This document shows, piece by piece, positions 18,037 to 28,199 of a stretch of 64,000 nt of DNA (position 1 is the stretch's first letter; the number at the start of each line of letters is the position of its first letter). The stretch covers positions 4,030 through 68,029 of IMG/VR virus record IMGVR_UViG_3300044908_000026. One strand, written 5' to 3'. Origin of the DNA: a virus. A program made the position numbers and the translations under genes. The notes beneath the pieces were generated by a model. That model searched no databases. It was given only the letters and a program-made list of their open reading frames with translations, and was not told where the DNA came from.

Positions 18037-18248
18037 TGCCCGGCCTCCGCGAGAGTAATGGTGGCGCGGGCGATCCGCAGGCGAGCTGCTGATGATGTTC
18101 CAGTGGGGGACAGGTTTGAGTCGGCTGCGTCGGCCATCATTTTCAGCGCCCGTAGTAGCGGCCCGGCGGCGGCATGGAGTGAGCAGAACTCAATCTTATA
18201 CGACTCGCTCCGTCGATCTATTTTACAACCGCACTTCATCCAGCCCAT
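18033..18248 (-). CDS. Small hypothetical protein
   Basis: CGC..FCSLHAAA..LL.AL pattern common in phage small ORFs. Confidence 0.55.
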   Translation of the reverse strand: MGWMKCGCKIDRRSESYKIEFCSLHAAAGPLLRALKMMADAADSNLSPTGTSSAARLRIARATITLAEAGQ

Positions 18249-18373
18249 CCTTTCCGCTCAAATTGGCTGCCGGAAATCCTCACGCCTGAGATCGGCCAGC
18301 CGAAACGCCAGTCAGTCGGGAACGCTCCCAATGGAGAATCCATATGCGTACCCCCAACCCTTCCAATCTCAAG

Positions 18374-19015
18374 TTACGCGGGCTGCGGCCCCAAAAAGAA
18401 CACCGCGTTCTCGGAATTGTCGATGAGTCCGTCGCCCGCGATGTAGAACAGGAAATTACCCAACCCGTTCGGGTCGGTGTACGGGAACCCCTGCGGCAAC
18501 ATCAAACCCTTCTGTGAAGGCTCGTACACTTTTACGACCGGACCTGGAATGCCAAGCTCCGCCGTATTCGCTCCGGTATATGGCCCGACCAGCGAAGTCG
18601 GAGCCGGAGGTGGCGCGGGAGGAGCTACGAACGGCGGCAGTGGCATGAGCGTCACGATCCCCGTATGCCCAGTCGCATTATACGGCGGCAGGCCGGGAAG
18701 ATTCTGATTAGGCGGCGAGGTCGCCGTGTCTGGATTCGGCTCGCCAATGTAGCTGAATACCTGATATCCGGCCATCATCCGCTCAAGCATCACGCTCGAC
18801 GGAAGATTGTTCGATGCCAGCGCGTCGATGATAGGGTCAACCTTGATGTGCAAGGCGAGTTGATTGGCGAGCTGTTGCCGCGCCAGGGCCGATAACGCCT
18901 CGCCGGGTTGCCCGAAGGTTCCCGCGAACAGCGGAAGCTTCGCCGGATTCTGGCCGGGGATGTAGGCTGCGTCAAAGGCCGCGAGTTGCGCGGCGGTGAA
19001 GTTCTGCGTGCTCAT
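18374..19015 (-). CDS. Pro-rich hypothetical protein
   Basis: RBS AGAGGAG before ATG 19015. Confidence 0.65.
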   Translation of the reverse strand: MSTQNFTAAQLAAFDAAYIPGQNPAKLPLFAGTFGQPGEALSALARQQLANQLALHIKVDPIIDALASNNLPSSVMLERMMAGYQVFSYIGEPNPDTATSPPNQNLPGLPPYNATGHTGIVTLMPLPPFVAPPAPPPAPTSLVGPYTGANTAELGIPGPVVKVYEPSQKGLMLPQGFPYTDPNGLGNFLFYIAGDGLIDNSENAVFFLGPQPA

Positions 19016-19190
19016 TTTGATATTGTCTCCTCTGTTTTCCGTAACGGATACATCTTCTCGGGGCCGACGTACAGATAGCACCTCCCTCTGCCGCTGGTGG
19101 AGTGGGGGCCATCCAGTCAGGACCGTTGAAGTCATGCCACATGAAGCTGTCCGTGAACCCGCCACTCCGTGGGTCTGCCATCACCCGCCC

Positions 19191-19544
19191 CTAGTTCCCC
19201 TGCGGAATCCCCGCGAAGTTGCCGAACGTCACCACGTCCCCGTTTGGCGCGGTCAGGTTCGCCGACATCGCCGTATTCGCCGATCCGTTGGCGATGGAGT
19301 CCACAACCGCTTGGATCTGGGTCGCCTGCGAGGCGTAAGCGGAGATCGAATACACGTCCTCGGACACTTCCGTGATTCCGGCTTGAGGAAAGCTGCCTTG
19401 TGGAATCGGATCAACCAAAAGTGTGATCTGGCCGTCGTTTTCGTCGGTGCCTGAGCACATCCCGGTCGGCTGTGTTCCTGCGAACGCCGCGAGCACATCT
19501 GAAAAGCCTGAGGGTAGCGTTATTCCGTTAATGGTGAGTTGCAT
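19191..19544 (-). CDS. Acidic hypothetical protein
   Basis: RBS AAGGAG; first gene after a strong promoter. Confidence 0.65.
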   Translation of the reverse strand: MQLTINGITLPSGFSDVLAAFAGTQPTGMCSGTDENDGQITLLVDPIPQGSFPQAGITEVSEDVYSISAYASQATQIQAVVDSIANGSANTAMSANLTAPNGDVVTFGNFAGIPQGN

Positions 19545-19579
19545 GGAGTCTCCTTTGGAATCGAGTCGAGTACGTGACC

Positions 19580-19608
19580 ATCATAAGCGACTGCGCGGCG
19601 GGTGTCAA
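19580..19608 (-). promoter_or_regulatory. Sigma70-type promoter
   Basis: TTGACA-17 nt-TATGAT on the minus strand. Confidence 0.75.
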
Positions 19609-19639
19609 GGGGCTATCTCATTTTTGTATCACTTTTCTA

Positions 19640-19669
19640 TAGACGCGGATCGCGGAGTCGTGTTACGAT
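19640..19669 (+). promoter_or_regulatory. Divergent promoter, leaderless transcript
   Basis: TAGACG-18-TACGAT with TG extension; ATG 6 nt downstream and no SD. Confidence 0.5.
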
Positions 19670-19675
19670 TCGGAC

Positions 19676-20659
19676 ATGAAGATCCTCACGGGCATTCTCG
19701 TTGACCCCATGGGACACGGTTTCGGAGAGGTCACGCCGGAGCAAGAAATCAAGGACCATATCCACGACTACTCGGACCTTCTTAAGCCAGATAAGCTCAA
19801 GCCTTATACCCTTCAGTCGGCCCGCGAGATTAAGCCTGGCACGAAGCTTGTTCTGTTTGATTACGGCGGCATGATGCCTGGATCGGACGACCTGGTTTTG
19901 AGCGAGTGCCGCGCACTGCTCCAATGGGCGATAGACAACCCGTCGTCGCTTGTGATCGTCATATCGAGCTTTACTTACCGAAATCAAATTCAGTACGAGA
20001 TGGAAGAAATGGGAGTGACGCCACATAACGTCGTGTGTCGAGAATCGCTTTCCAAAGATCCGATTCCGCTGTGGTTTAGAGTAAGTACTGAACCGGACCG
20101 GACTCCTATTCCAATCGAGACATTGGCGCATCCAATCGCTGGGCTGATGCCGGTCGGCGGAAAACTGCCGAACGCTCAATGGTTCAAACCAAATAAGGTA
20201 TTTACCTCCTGGTTTGTGAATCGTTTCAAAAAAGCTTGGCACGTGTATGAGGCCGGATGTGGGATGGGACACACAACCAAGGCGCTTCGCGATGTAGGAA
20301 TGGAAGTTACAGGCGTAGATGCAAACCGTAGGCCGGGATCGGTAGTTCGTGTCGAGATCGCAGATGCTACGGATTTCGATTACCGTACGGACCCTACCGT
20401 ACTTATTTGCAGACCATGCCATGGTCCGTTTTGCGAAGCCGTCATACAAAGGGCCATCGCTTGTCGATCCGAGGCCATTGTATATGTCGGCATTGAAAAG
20501 AACGTCCGTGGGGATCTTGGTAAGTTCTGGAGGTTTTTCAGTCGAGAACTGGAGAATGCCGGAGAGGATAAAGAGGTGGTTTATGTATGGCGTCCTGTCT
20601 GGAATCAAACCACCGAAGTGCCCAATAAAACACGGAAATTGAGGACGTCCTCAAAATGA
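19676..20659 (+). CDS. Receiver-like domain fused to class I SAM-dependent methyltransferase
   Basis: LVLFDYG...VIVISS in the N half; VYEAGCGMG..GVD..ADA in the C half. Confidence 0.65.
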   Translation: MKILTGILVDPMGHGFGEVTPEQEIKDHIHDYSDLLKPDKLKPYTLQSAREIKPGTKLVLFDYGGMMPGSDDLVLSECRALLQWAIDNPSSLVIVISSFTYRNQIQYEMEEMGVTPHNVVCRESLSKDPIPLWFRVSTEPDRTPIPIETLAHPIAGLMPVGGKLPNAQWFKPNKVFTSWFVNRFKKAWHVYEAGCGMGHTTKALRDVGMEVTGVDANRRPGSVVRVEIADATDFDYRTDPTVLICRPCHGPFCEAVIQRAIACRSEAIVYVGIEKNVRGDLGKFWRFFSRELENAGEDKEVVYVWRPVWNQTTEVPNKTRKLRTSSK

Positions 20660-20808
20660 AACTCCGCCAATTCCAAGCACGCCTCACCGACTCCGAACTC
20701 GCCCGCTTCAAGAAGTGGTGCAAATCCCAAAAGCCAGCCCGCTCGATGGGAGCCCAAATTCGTTATTGGATCGAGTCCACCCTACAGGCGAAAAGGACGG
20801 GAAAATGA
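20656..20808 (+). CDS. Arc-like ribbon-helix-helix protein, 50 aa
   Basis: Own translation MKLRQFQARLTDSELARFKKWCKSQKPARSMGAQIRYWIE...; ATGA overlaps at both ends. Confidence 0.6.
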   Translation: MKLRQFQARLTDSELARFKKWCKSQKPARSMGAQIRYWIESTLQAKRTGK

Positions 20809-21002
20809 GAAAACTGAAGCGGTATGTGGTGGGGTGCGACGGAGATGAACGTACCGTGTATGGTTGCAAGAACATGTTCGGCGGCAACCAGTGGGCTGAC
20901 CCGCTGACATTGAAAGAAGCGCAGCGCCTACTGCGATCTATGCCAGATTCGGTGATCTACAAGCTCGTCCCGGTGCGCTCTCCAAGGAAGAAGGGGAAAT
21001 GA
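20805..21002 (+). CDS. Hypothetical protein
   Basis: Coupled start and stop. Confidence 0.55.
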   Translation: MRKLKRYVVGCDGDERTVYGCKNMFGGNQWADPLTLKEAQRLLRSMPDSVIYKLVPVRSPRKKGK

Positions 21003-21331
21003 AACCACCACCGACGCCAGAACAACTCCAATTCGCCTCGAATCTGCAACTGACCCTCGCCCAACGCGCTCGGGAGTTGTGCTGCAATATCTGCCGCCAT
21101 TGCGAAGCTGCAAATTGGTGCCCATTTTGCGCCCGCATCCTCGCCGCGCTCCGGGAAGTCGAGCGCAACAACCGCGAGATCGTCGCCCAATGGATGATGG
21201 CAAATGGATTCGCGACCGGCCACGGCGAGACGATTCAAGACTTACTCGCGGAACTGAAATGGCAGGTAGATCTAATGAGCCAGGGCGACAAGTTTGGAAT
21301 CGTTGCGATTCCTGGGAAACGGGGAGACTAG
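20999..21331 (+). CDS. Hypothetical protein with Cys cluster
   Basis: CCNICRHC..CPFC; FATGHGETI.DLL.EL motif. Confidence 0.6.
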   Translation: MKPPPTPEQLQFASNLQLTLAQRARELCCNICRHCEAANWCPFCARILAALREVERNNREIVAQWMMANGFATGHGETIQDLLAELKWQVDLMSQGDKFGIVAIPGKRGD

Positions 21332-21335
21332 ATCC

Positions 21336-21878
21336 ATGCAGGACGCTAAAGAACTCGCAAGTGACTTGATGACGCGGTTGCGAAAGCCTTACCTATTTGG
21401 GAACATGCCGATCCTTGTAGGGCTAGAAGATGAGATAGCAACGCTGATCGAATCCGTCCGCGCTGAACTCCACAAGGAGCACGCCACCCTCCACGAAACC
21501 CTGCTATCGGCAGCACCTCACTGCTTGCAAGCGCGTTCAGCAGCGGCACACATCATCAGGGAGCGGGACTCACTACGGGTCGAGCGCGACCGGCTGGTCG
21601 AGGCGCTGCAGCGGAGCGCCTGGACGCCCGCGCAATTCACTCGTCTGCGGGCGCTCTGTGCCAGCGGAATGCCGATACCACTAGACCTGATGGATTCCCT
21701 GCTCGCCGAACTCCGCGCGGCGCTCGCGGATAAAGAGCGGCTGGATCGGTTGATTCCTAAAATCACATATCTAAGCGAGAAGGGCAATCAGCTTTATTTG
21801 TCATCCGGTGGTCCAGCTTGCGGAGCCACTCCGCGCGAAGCCGTCGACGCCGCCCGAGGAAAGGAGAAACCGGAATGA
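21336..21878 (+). CDS. Hypothetical coiled-coil protein
   Basis: ORF track; operon coupling. Confidence 0.55.
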   Translation: MQDAKELASDLMTRLRKPYLFGNMPILVGLEDEIATLIESVRAELHKEHATLHETLLSAAPHCLQARSAAAHIIRERDSLRVERDRLVEALQRSAWTPAQFTRLRALCASGMPIPLDLMDSLLAELRAALADKERLDRLIPKITYLSEKGNQLYLSSGGPACGATPREAVDAARGKEKPE

Positions 21879-22273
21879 CCAACCCAACCACACCGGAGAC
21901 GACGGAGCAGCAGCTCCTCCGTTTAGAACAAAAGATTGGCCATCAACGGCATGAGATCGAAAATCGCCTTATCGAAATCGGCAACCTCCTCGGGTTCAAA
22001 CGCAATATGGAAATGAACGTGGCGCATTGGTGCCCCGCGGAATTTAAGCGCCGACCGCTAGGTGGAATCGCGTGGATGGCTGAGCGTATCGCAACACTTC
22101 AAGCCGAACTCCAGTCGGCGCTCCATGACAAGGCCCTGCTAGAGCACGTGATGAATCACATGATGATCGTGAAGAGCGTTGGCCCCAACACTACAAGAAT
22201 CTGGGATACCCGCGAGGCGATTGCAGAAGACAAGCGGGAGTTTGAGGAAGCCCAGGAGAATGAGAAACCATGA
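21875..22273 (+). CDS. Hypothetical protein
   Basis: RBS AAGGAG; ATGA overlaps. Confidence 0.6.
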   Translation: MTNPTTPETTEQQLLRLEQKIGHQRHEIENRLIEIGNLLGFKRNMEMNVAHWCPAEFKRRPLGGIAWMAERIATLQAELQSALHDKALLEHVMNHMMIVKSVGPNTTRIWDTREAIAEDKREFEEAQENEKP

Positions 22274-22947
22274 AACTAGCCCTCACCCTGCTCGCTTTCG
22301 CCGCGCTCGCATCGGCCACCCCCACCTTCTCCGCAACCGCCTGGTGCGGCACGCAAGCCTACAGTGGTGGCTCCTGCTCTCTCACTGGCCCCACGTATCA
22401 GGAGTCTGTATCTTCGTTTGAATCGCCGTGGCAATCATGGGAGCAGTTCGGCGTCTCCACTCTATCTGGAGGTTCAGGCGGGACACAGGACGGATCGATC
22501 GCCACGGGGTTGCTTACCTACACGCAGACCGAGGAGATGGACGGAGTAGGCACCGGCATTGCCACGCTGGACCTCTACGTCTGCGTTAGCGGAACCCTCC
22601 CGCCGAACGGATGGGCAAGTGTCACGTTCGGGCAGACGAAGGCTTGGTACGGGGATGGCTGCGGCCACGAGGAATTGACAACGCCGTTCAACTATGCGGT
22701 GCCGTTCGATTTGAGCATCACGGTAGAATCTAGCGAATCGTCGATTGATCTCGGAGAGGGCGAGCAGGGGCAGAGCTTCGTGGCGATCACTGGGCTGACG
22801 CTGCCGCCCGATCCACCGCTGGAGCAGAGCAGCGTGCCGGAGCCTAAGGCGTGGATGCTGGCCGGAGGAGGATTGGTAATCATGCTGCTACTGCGAGGGA
22901 TGGCGCGGAGGAATCGAATCGGGCAGGATGGGGACTGGAGCGCCTAG
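22270..22947 (+). CDS. PEP-CTERM sorting domain protein
   Basis: Signal MKLALTLLAFAALASA; C-terminal VPEP + TM helix + RGMARRNR. Confidence 0.85.
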   Translation: MKLALTLLAFAALASATPTFSATAWCGTQAYSGGSCSLTGPTYQESVSSFESPWQSWEQFGVSTLSGGSGGTQDGSIATGLLTYTQTEEMDGVGTGIATLDLYVCVSGTLPPNGWASVTFGQTKAWYGDGCGHEELTTPFNYAVPFDLSITVESSESSIDLGEGEQGQSFVAITGLTLPPDPPLEQSSVPEPKAWMLAGGGLVIMLLLRGMARRNRIGQDGDWSA

Positions 22948-25900
22948 TTCACCCCGGTGATCTGCACCGGACCAGCCGCAATAATATTCCCGCTGTTGTC
23001 CACGCGCTCAATGCGATAGTATACGGTGCGCCCTGGGATCGCCGGGAGCAGCAAGGTGCAGCCGCTAGAACAGGCCGTGTAGCTCTGACTCGCGTCTCCG
23101 GCGAAGTAGTACGGGATCGTAGAAGTCGGCGATGGATTCGTCAGACAGGCTTCTTTCCGGTTGTAGGCGCAGTAATAATTCCCGGACCAATTTCCATTCG
23201 TCTCGTTCTCCGCGTATCCGAAGCGGAGTCGCGCATTCGCTACGTTGCTGGCCCCCGCAGTGATCGCTACATTTACAAACGCCCCCCGCTGTACCGTGTC
23301 TGAGGGAGGGAGCGCCGGAGTCTTGATGCTCATAATGTCGTTTCTCATTCCCGACCCGTAAAAGTCTCCGCCGCTGAAAGTCCATGAGCCGTTGTAGGAG
23401 TTATGGGTAGACGCGAACACATTCTGGAAGTTGTAGCGGTTGGCGATCTTGCTCAACTGTCGGAAAGTACGTCCATCCGTGATAGTCAATGCCTGTCCGG
23501 TTTGCGCATACGTCGGAATGCCGTTGAGATTGAACTGATTCACTCCACCCGCCGTCTGGTCGATGGTCACGCCGCAGATGCTTCGGTTGTAGTCCCAACT
23601 CCCGCTGCCGCCGCAATAACCTGGACTCGGCCCGCTGTTGTGCGCGGACTGCGGGACGTTCACGTACACATCGCCCACGGACGAGCCGCTTACGCACTCT
23701 CCTGCGATCCAGACAATGCAGAATTGCCAGTTGTGAAGCGAAGTCCCGTCAATCACCGAGGACGGCTTGCTGATGTCCTGAAGCAGGTAGCCCCCAGACC
23801 ACATCACGTAAGGTGTTGACTTGAGCAACGCGGGCCACGATCCGCTCACGTAACCCCGGACGTTGGCCGCCGCGATGTGCCACAGTGCTCCAGTGACATT
23901 ATCCGCCGTCTGCGCCCAAAGCTGATTGCTCGCGATGCTTATGTTGGACAACGCATTTGCGTCTGTCTCATAGTTGGGGCTTGCGGGATAACGCGATACG
24001 CTACCATGACTCTGCACACCGCCCGCAGTCGCCCCAGACCAGGAATTAAACGGAGCCTGATCAACTGCAATAAAACTACCCGGTTGCCCAGCGCCAGTTA
24101 CCAGAGAAGAAGCGAATCTAGCACGCCCTCCCATATCCATTAAGCTGGTTCCGGAGAACGTCCAAAAGTCGGCATGACCATTGATCTGCATCGTATAGTC
24201 CGGGATCGCAGCCTGCCCAGTGGGGTCTGTGTTCAGATTCATCCAAATCGTGCCGCCTGAGGCGCTAGGGCCGCCAGAGCATAGCTCTCGAAGCGTCCAT
24301 GGCGCGGTATGGGAGGCAATGTTCCCGTATCTGCTCTGCGTCCCATAAATAGTTGAATATCCAGCAGAGGTGTTCGGCGGGGTCCCGGGACCATTGTTCG
24401 GAGTTGCATACGCCCTAATAAACTGTCCGACTAGACCGGAGATAGAGACAAGTCGAAAGACCTCACCAGTGCTGCCATTCCCATCGTCAAAAAGCTCACC
24501 TACAGTCGTGTTGATCGGCGTCGAGCCGGATTGAATGAGATGCGAGTAGCTGCCGTTCCAGGAGCACGTCCCGAACATCGGAGCGCCCGGAGATGGTTGA
24601 TTCCAGCAAACATCCAAAGCCGACAACGCCAGGGTGACACACTGGGAGATGCCGTTATAAGCGGAGTAGTTCGGATCGGTGATCCCGCTGCACGTCTGGG
24701 TCTGGGTGTTGTTCAGGCTGGTGGTCGTCTGGATGAGATAATCGCCCTGCCCGACGTTTCCCCCTGGAGCAAGATTCGGCTCCGTGGCGATGAACTTATA
24801 CCCGTTCTGCGTCCCGGTTGCGTGAGTTCCGCAGAATCGACAGCCGTATCCAGAGTAGTCATTGACCATCGCCACGACGGAGTAAGGGGGAGATGCTGCC
24901 GGGTCCATGTCCCAACACCATGACATATAGTTTTGATTGTTTCCACCTCCAATCGAGCAAACTTCAACCCAACCAGTTAACGCATCGGGCGGCGGCCCGA
25001 ATGGGGCTAAATTTCCACCACTAAGCTGGCTTGGCGAGAACACCGGCAGTGCAGAATGGGCGGCGGCGTAGGCTGTTGCAACGGCTAGTGGAGTGTGATC
25101 GGCAGCGTCTGTGCCAACACTCGGAGTCACATTGTTGTAGGTATTGTTGCTGTTGTAAGGGAATGACGGGCAGTTGGCCGGGGTGATCTCCTGATAATTG
25201 TTCGGACACGATCCACTCGCAGCCGGATTGTAATAGCCGTCAACAATCGTGAGTGTCGCGGACGGCAGATGATTCGGGGCGTTGGCATAATTCACCCAAT
25301 GATTTTGGACCAAAGTGAACAGCGACCCGTTGATGTTATTAGAGACGGAGCCCCAATCGTTCTGGTGATTCCCAGTTACGCCCGTGGTGCAGTTCCCGGT
25401 GCTGCAACCCCCGAGGTAGGGCTCCATGAGTCCAAGGAACCGGCCTTTGCCGGAAACCTCTTCAATGAAAAACATCGGGTGGTAGATGTTCCCGCCAGCC
25501 GCCCAGTCGCACAGCCTGCCCACTATCCCGTTTGCATCGGTAACGGTGTAGTTGGCGCAGAGTTCGTTGACTCCGATTAGGGGCATCTGGACCACCATGT
25601 CTTCCCAGTCGGAGAAGGTGGACTGACCGCTTGAACCAGCGCAGTTCCCGCTGGTCGATCCGCTACACACCGTCAGGTTGCCGGTGGTATTCCCAGCCTT
25701 GCGGATCAACACGCCGAGCCCCTGATAGATGTAATTGTACGTTCCGTCCGCCGGCGGGCTGGCTATGGTGACCGAAGCCGGGGAGGTTATCGCCGTGATC
25801 CGGTATGGACTTGTCGTGGCCGAAGGGGCCAACGCTAGATTGATATAAGACCCTGCGCTCATGCTGCTAGGTCGGAAAAATTCTCCACTTGCCCATGTGC

Positions 25901-27125
25901 ATACGCCACTTGCTAAGGTACAGGTTCCAGTATGCGGCTGCATATCCGGACGCGTAAGGCGAGAGGTCGCCTGGTTCGCGAACCAGTAACCGAACACGGT
26001 CGCGTTGGTGCTGGTCCCATACACCGTAGAAGGATAGCCCGGAGCCGTGATCGCCCCCCCGGAGATTGCGCCCGAAGGCGGATAAGTGACCGGCGCGATA
26101 CTTCCACAGGTCAGGGACTCCCAATCGCTCGCCCGGTTCACACCATCAAGCGTGATCGCCATCTGGAAACCCGCCGAAGCGGTCGCCCCCGTGCAGGCTA
26201 TCTGAAAAGTCGCCTGGAAATCATCAGGGCTTAGATAGCCGCCCCACGTGTTCCCTCCGTTTTCTTGCGGGCAAGCGTCACTAGATCCAGGAGGCTGCAA
26301 ACCATAAATTCCAACACAGAAGTTGGGTGCGGCAATAAACAGCGGATCTTGGTTCGCGCCGGAGTTCGTGTTGTTGATCGTCGCTCCGGTATTGTTGGAC
26401 CAGTTGCCGTTACCAGCAGCGTCAAACGAATTGGCCGCAGGGGATGCGTTCAGGCCCATGTTGACCTGGTTAACAAACGCTGAGCCTGCGCCGCCATTTA
26501 CCACGCCAAGCGAGAGGAGTTCAAACTGCACGCCGGTGGTCGGGTCTGTGATCCACGTGTTGCGGTCGATCATAGGCCGGATCGTCGGCCACGCGAAATT
26601 ATACGGCGCGGATGCGTTGAACGGAGCAGGCTCGGGGAAGGTGTTGCCTGTCGGCGGGTTCGCAGTGACGAATGAGAAGTTCACCGTAGTGTCGGCGGTC
26701 AGCACTCCATAGATTGGACTTGCGGCGGGGAGCGCCCGCGAGGTCATGTGACTGTTGAGGTCAACTTGGGACGTGCGGAGTCCCACAACCATCGTGTAAG
26801 ATCCCGCCGACCCAACACTGCTCGACCGTGAACAATAATCCGCATTGGTGAACAGGGCTGGGTTTGTGTCGGCTAGCGGCAGGGTGTGCGCCGGATCGGA
26901 GTAGAGATCAACCGTGCAAGTTGAGCCGGTGTAGTGAACCGGGATGCTCGCCTGCGTTGCGGTTACCTGGATCGTGCCGAGGGAAGCCGCACGGAGCACA
27001 AGGGGGATGAGGTACAATACCGCCATGAGAAACACACTAAGGTCTTTTTGGAAACGCTCCGGTATCGTCATAATGATTGGGGTAACCTTCCTCGCTTGCA
27101 TGGCAGCCATAAGGGTCTTGCTCAT
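22944..27125 (-). CDS. Large Cys-rich secreted/receptor-binding-like protein (1393 aa)
   Basis: N-terminal hydrophobic segment ending LRA; about 30 Cys; G/S/T/N-rich beta content. Confidence 0.75.
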   Translation of the reverse strand: MSKTLMAAMQARKVTPIIMTIPERFQKDLSVFLMAVLYLIPLVLRAASLGTIQVTATQASIPVHYTGSTCTVDLYSDPAHTLPLADTNPALFTNADYCSRSSSVGSAGSYTMVVGLRTSQVDLNSHMTSRALPAASPIYGVLTADTTVNFSFVTANPPTGNTFPEPAPFNASAPYNFAWPTIRPMIDRNTWITDPTTGVQFELLSLGVVNGGAGSAFVNQVNMGLNASPAANSFDAAGNGNWSNNTGATINNTNSGANQDPLFIAAPNFCVGIYGLQPPGSSDACPQENGGNTWGGYLSPDDFQATFQIACTGATASAGFQMAITLDGVNRASDWESLTCGSIAPVTYPPSGAISGGAITAPGYPSTVYGTSTNATVFGYWFANQATSRLTRPDMQPHTGTCTLASGVCTWASGEFFRPSSMSAGSYINLALAPSATTSPYRITAITSPASVTIASPPADGTYNYIYQGLGVLIRKAGNTTGNLTVCSGSTSGNCAGSSGQSTFSDWEDMVVQMPLIGVNELCANYTVTDANGIVGRLCDWAAGGNIYHPMFFIEEVSGKGRFLGLMEPYLGGCSTGNCTTGVTGNHQNDWGSVSNNINGSLFTLVQNHWVNYANAPNHLPSATLTIVDGYYNPAASGSCPNNYQEITPANCPSFPYNSNNTYNNVTPSVGTDAADHTPLAVATAYAAAHSALPVFSPSQLSGGNLAPFGPPPDALTGWVEVCSIGGGNNQNYMSWCWDMDPAASPPYSVVAMVNDYSGYGCRFCGTHATGTQNGYKFIATEPNLAPGGNVGQGDYLIQTTTSLNNTQTQTCSGITDPNYSAYNGISQCVTLALSALDVCWNQPSPGAPMFGTCSWNGSYSHLIQSGSTPINTTVGELFDDGNGSTGEVFRLVSISGLVGQFIRAYATPNNGPGTPPNTSAGYSTIYGTQSRYGNIASHTAPWTLRELCSGGPSASGGTIWMNLNTDPTGQAAIPDYTMQINGHADFWTFSGTSLMDMGGRARFASSLVTGAGQPGSFIAVDQAPFNSWSGATAGGVQSHGSVSRYPASPNYETDANALSNISIASNQLWAQTADNVTGALWHIAAANVRGYVSGSWPALLKSTPYVMWSGGYLLQDISKPSSVIDGTSLHNWQFCIVWIAGECVSGSSVGDVYVNVPQSAHNSGPSPGYCGGSGSWDYNRSICGVTIDQTAGGVNQFNLNGIPTYAQTGQALTITDGRTFRQLSKIANRYNFQNVFASTHNSYNGSWTFSGGDFYGSGMRNDIMSIKTPALPPSDTVQRGAFVNVAITAGASNVANARLRFGYAENETNGNWSGNYYCAYNRKEACLTNPSPTSTIPYYFAGDASQSYTACSSGCTLLLPAIPGRTVYYRIERVDNSGNIIAAGPVQITGVN

Positions 27126-27136
27126 ATTCCTTGGAA

Positions 27137-28195
27137 CTATTGCTGGCCTGTAGCGAATCCCAGTACTTCAATTGTAACCTGAGTCCCATCGGAGTTTAAG
27201 ACTTGGTAGAGCGGTTCAATGTAGGTGTTCGGAACATGCGTGGTAATAGGAGTTTGCGCGGTTCCGTTTATCTCCCACGTAATCGTACCGGCACTCGAAC
27301 TCGCGAAGGAAAACGAATAGTACGTAGAGGTGGCCACCGTCACTGTGGATGCCTGTGAAGTACAAGCGCTCCCATCGCAAGCTCGCAGCACCCAATGCGC
27401 GTCCGTTCCCGGTTCAAATACAACCCCTACGCAGAGATGGGAGGTTGTGCCGTCGCACACGGGCTGACCAACCCCGCCCTGTTGTTGAAGCCCAAACCGA
27501 TATGCGCCGTGAGAGGTAGAGGAAACATTGCGAACCGCCCATGCTTGCCCAGTAAAAGTCGCTGATGGATTGATCGCCCCTGCCCCGCTATAGTACTCCG
27601 CATAATTCCCGCTAGATGCCCCCGAGGAGGATGTCGAACCGCACTGGTAAAGTGACAGTGCCGTTCCGTTGGCCGCGCTGCCGCCATTATTATTTTGCGA
27701 AAACTCGAATGCACTTCCGCCAACTTGATTACTACAGAAGTTCTCCACCGTCCATCGCTGCGACAGATCGAACGGATTGAAACTAACAGTGGATACAGAT
27801 ACCCCGATGCCGAAACCCGCACTCACGCCGCCCCCTCCCCCGCCACACGCCGCCGCCTGCGGATTGAGTAACTGAAACCGCGTCCCGTCGTACTGCACAT
27901 AGGCTACCGCTGTTGTCGTGAGATCGTTAGCAACAAGCGCCGTCGTTCCGCACTTTGTAATCGTCGGCGGCGATGCGATGCCGTTGACCGCAAGCGTGGG
28001 TCCACTTCCCGTATTGGCCGCTGCTGGAAGCCACGACACCCACATCCCGGCGTAGTAAGAGGCGAAGGGTTGCGGAACGGTGACAGTCTGCGCCTGTGCC
28101 GTCCCACCGCCAGCGGCGTAGGGCGGGATGAATCCGGGGGTCGCTTGCCCGAAGATCGCAACACAAGAGAATAACAACAGAATGATCTTTTTCAT
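27137..28195 (-). CDS. Tail-fibre-like protein with signal peptide
   Basis: MKKIILLLFSCVAIFG|Q; AAANTG..TLAVNG..YDGTRFQL fibre motif; lectin-like C-terminus. Confidence 0.75.
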   Translation of the reverse strand: MKKIILLLFSCVAIFGQATPGFIPPYAAGGGTAQAQTVTVPQPFASYYAGMWVSWLPAAANTGSGPTLAVNGIASPPTITKCGTTALVANDLTTTAVAYVQYDGTRFQLLNPQAAACGGGGGGVSAGFGIGVSVSTVSFNPFDLSQRWTVENFCSNQVGGSAFEFSQNNNGGSAANGTALSLYQCGSTSSSGASSGNYAEYYSGAGAINPSATFTGQAWAVRNVSSTSHGAYRFGLQQQGGVGQPVCDGTTSHLCVGVVFEPGTDAHWVLRACDGSACTSQASTVTVATSTYYSFSFASSSAGTITWEINGTAQTPITTHVPNTYIEPLYQVLNSDGTQVTIEVLGFATGQQ

Positions 28196-28199
28196 AATT

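Noticed and set aside
19637-20608. 323-aa antisense ORF
   Set aside because: Mirror of the methyltransferase gene with no recognisable motifs
19676-20659. Hen1 methyltransferase completing a Pnkp-Hen1 system
   Set aside because: Lacks the Hen1 ExxEH metal motif; the Pnkp here is T4-type and unlinked
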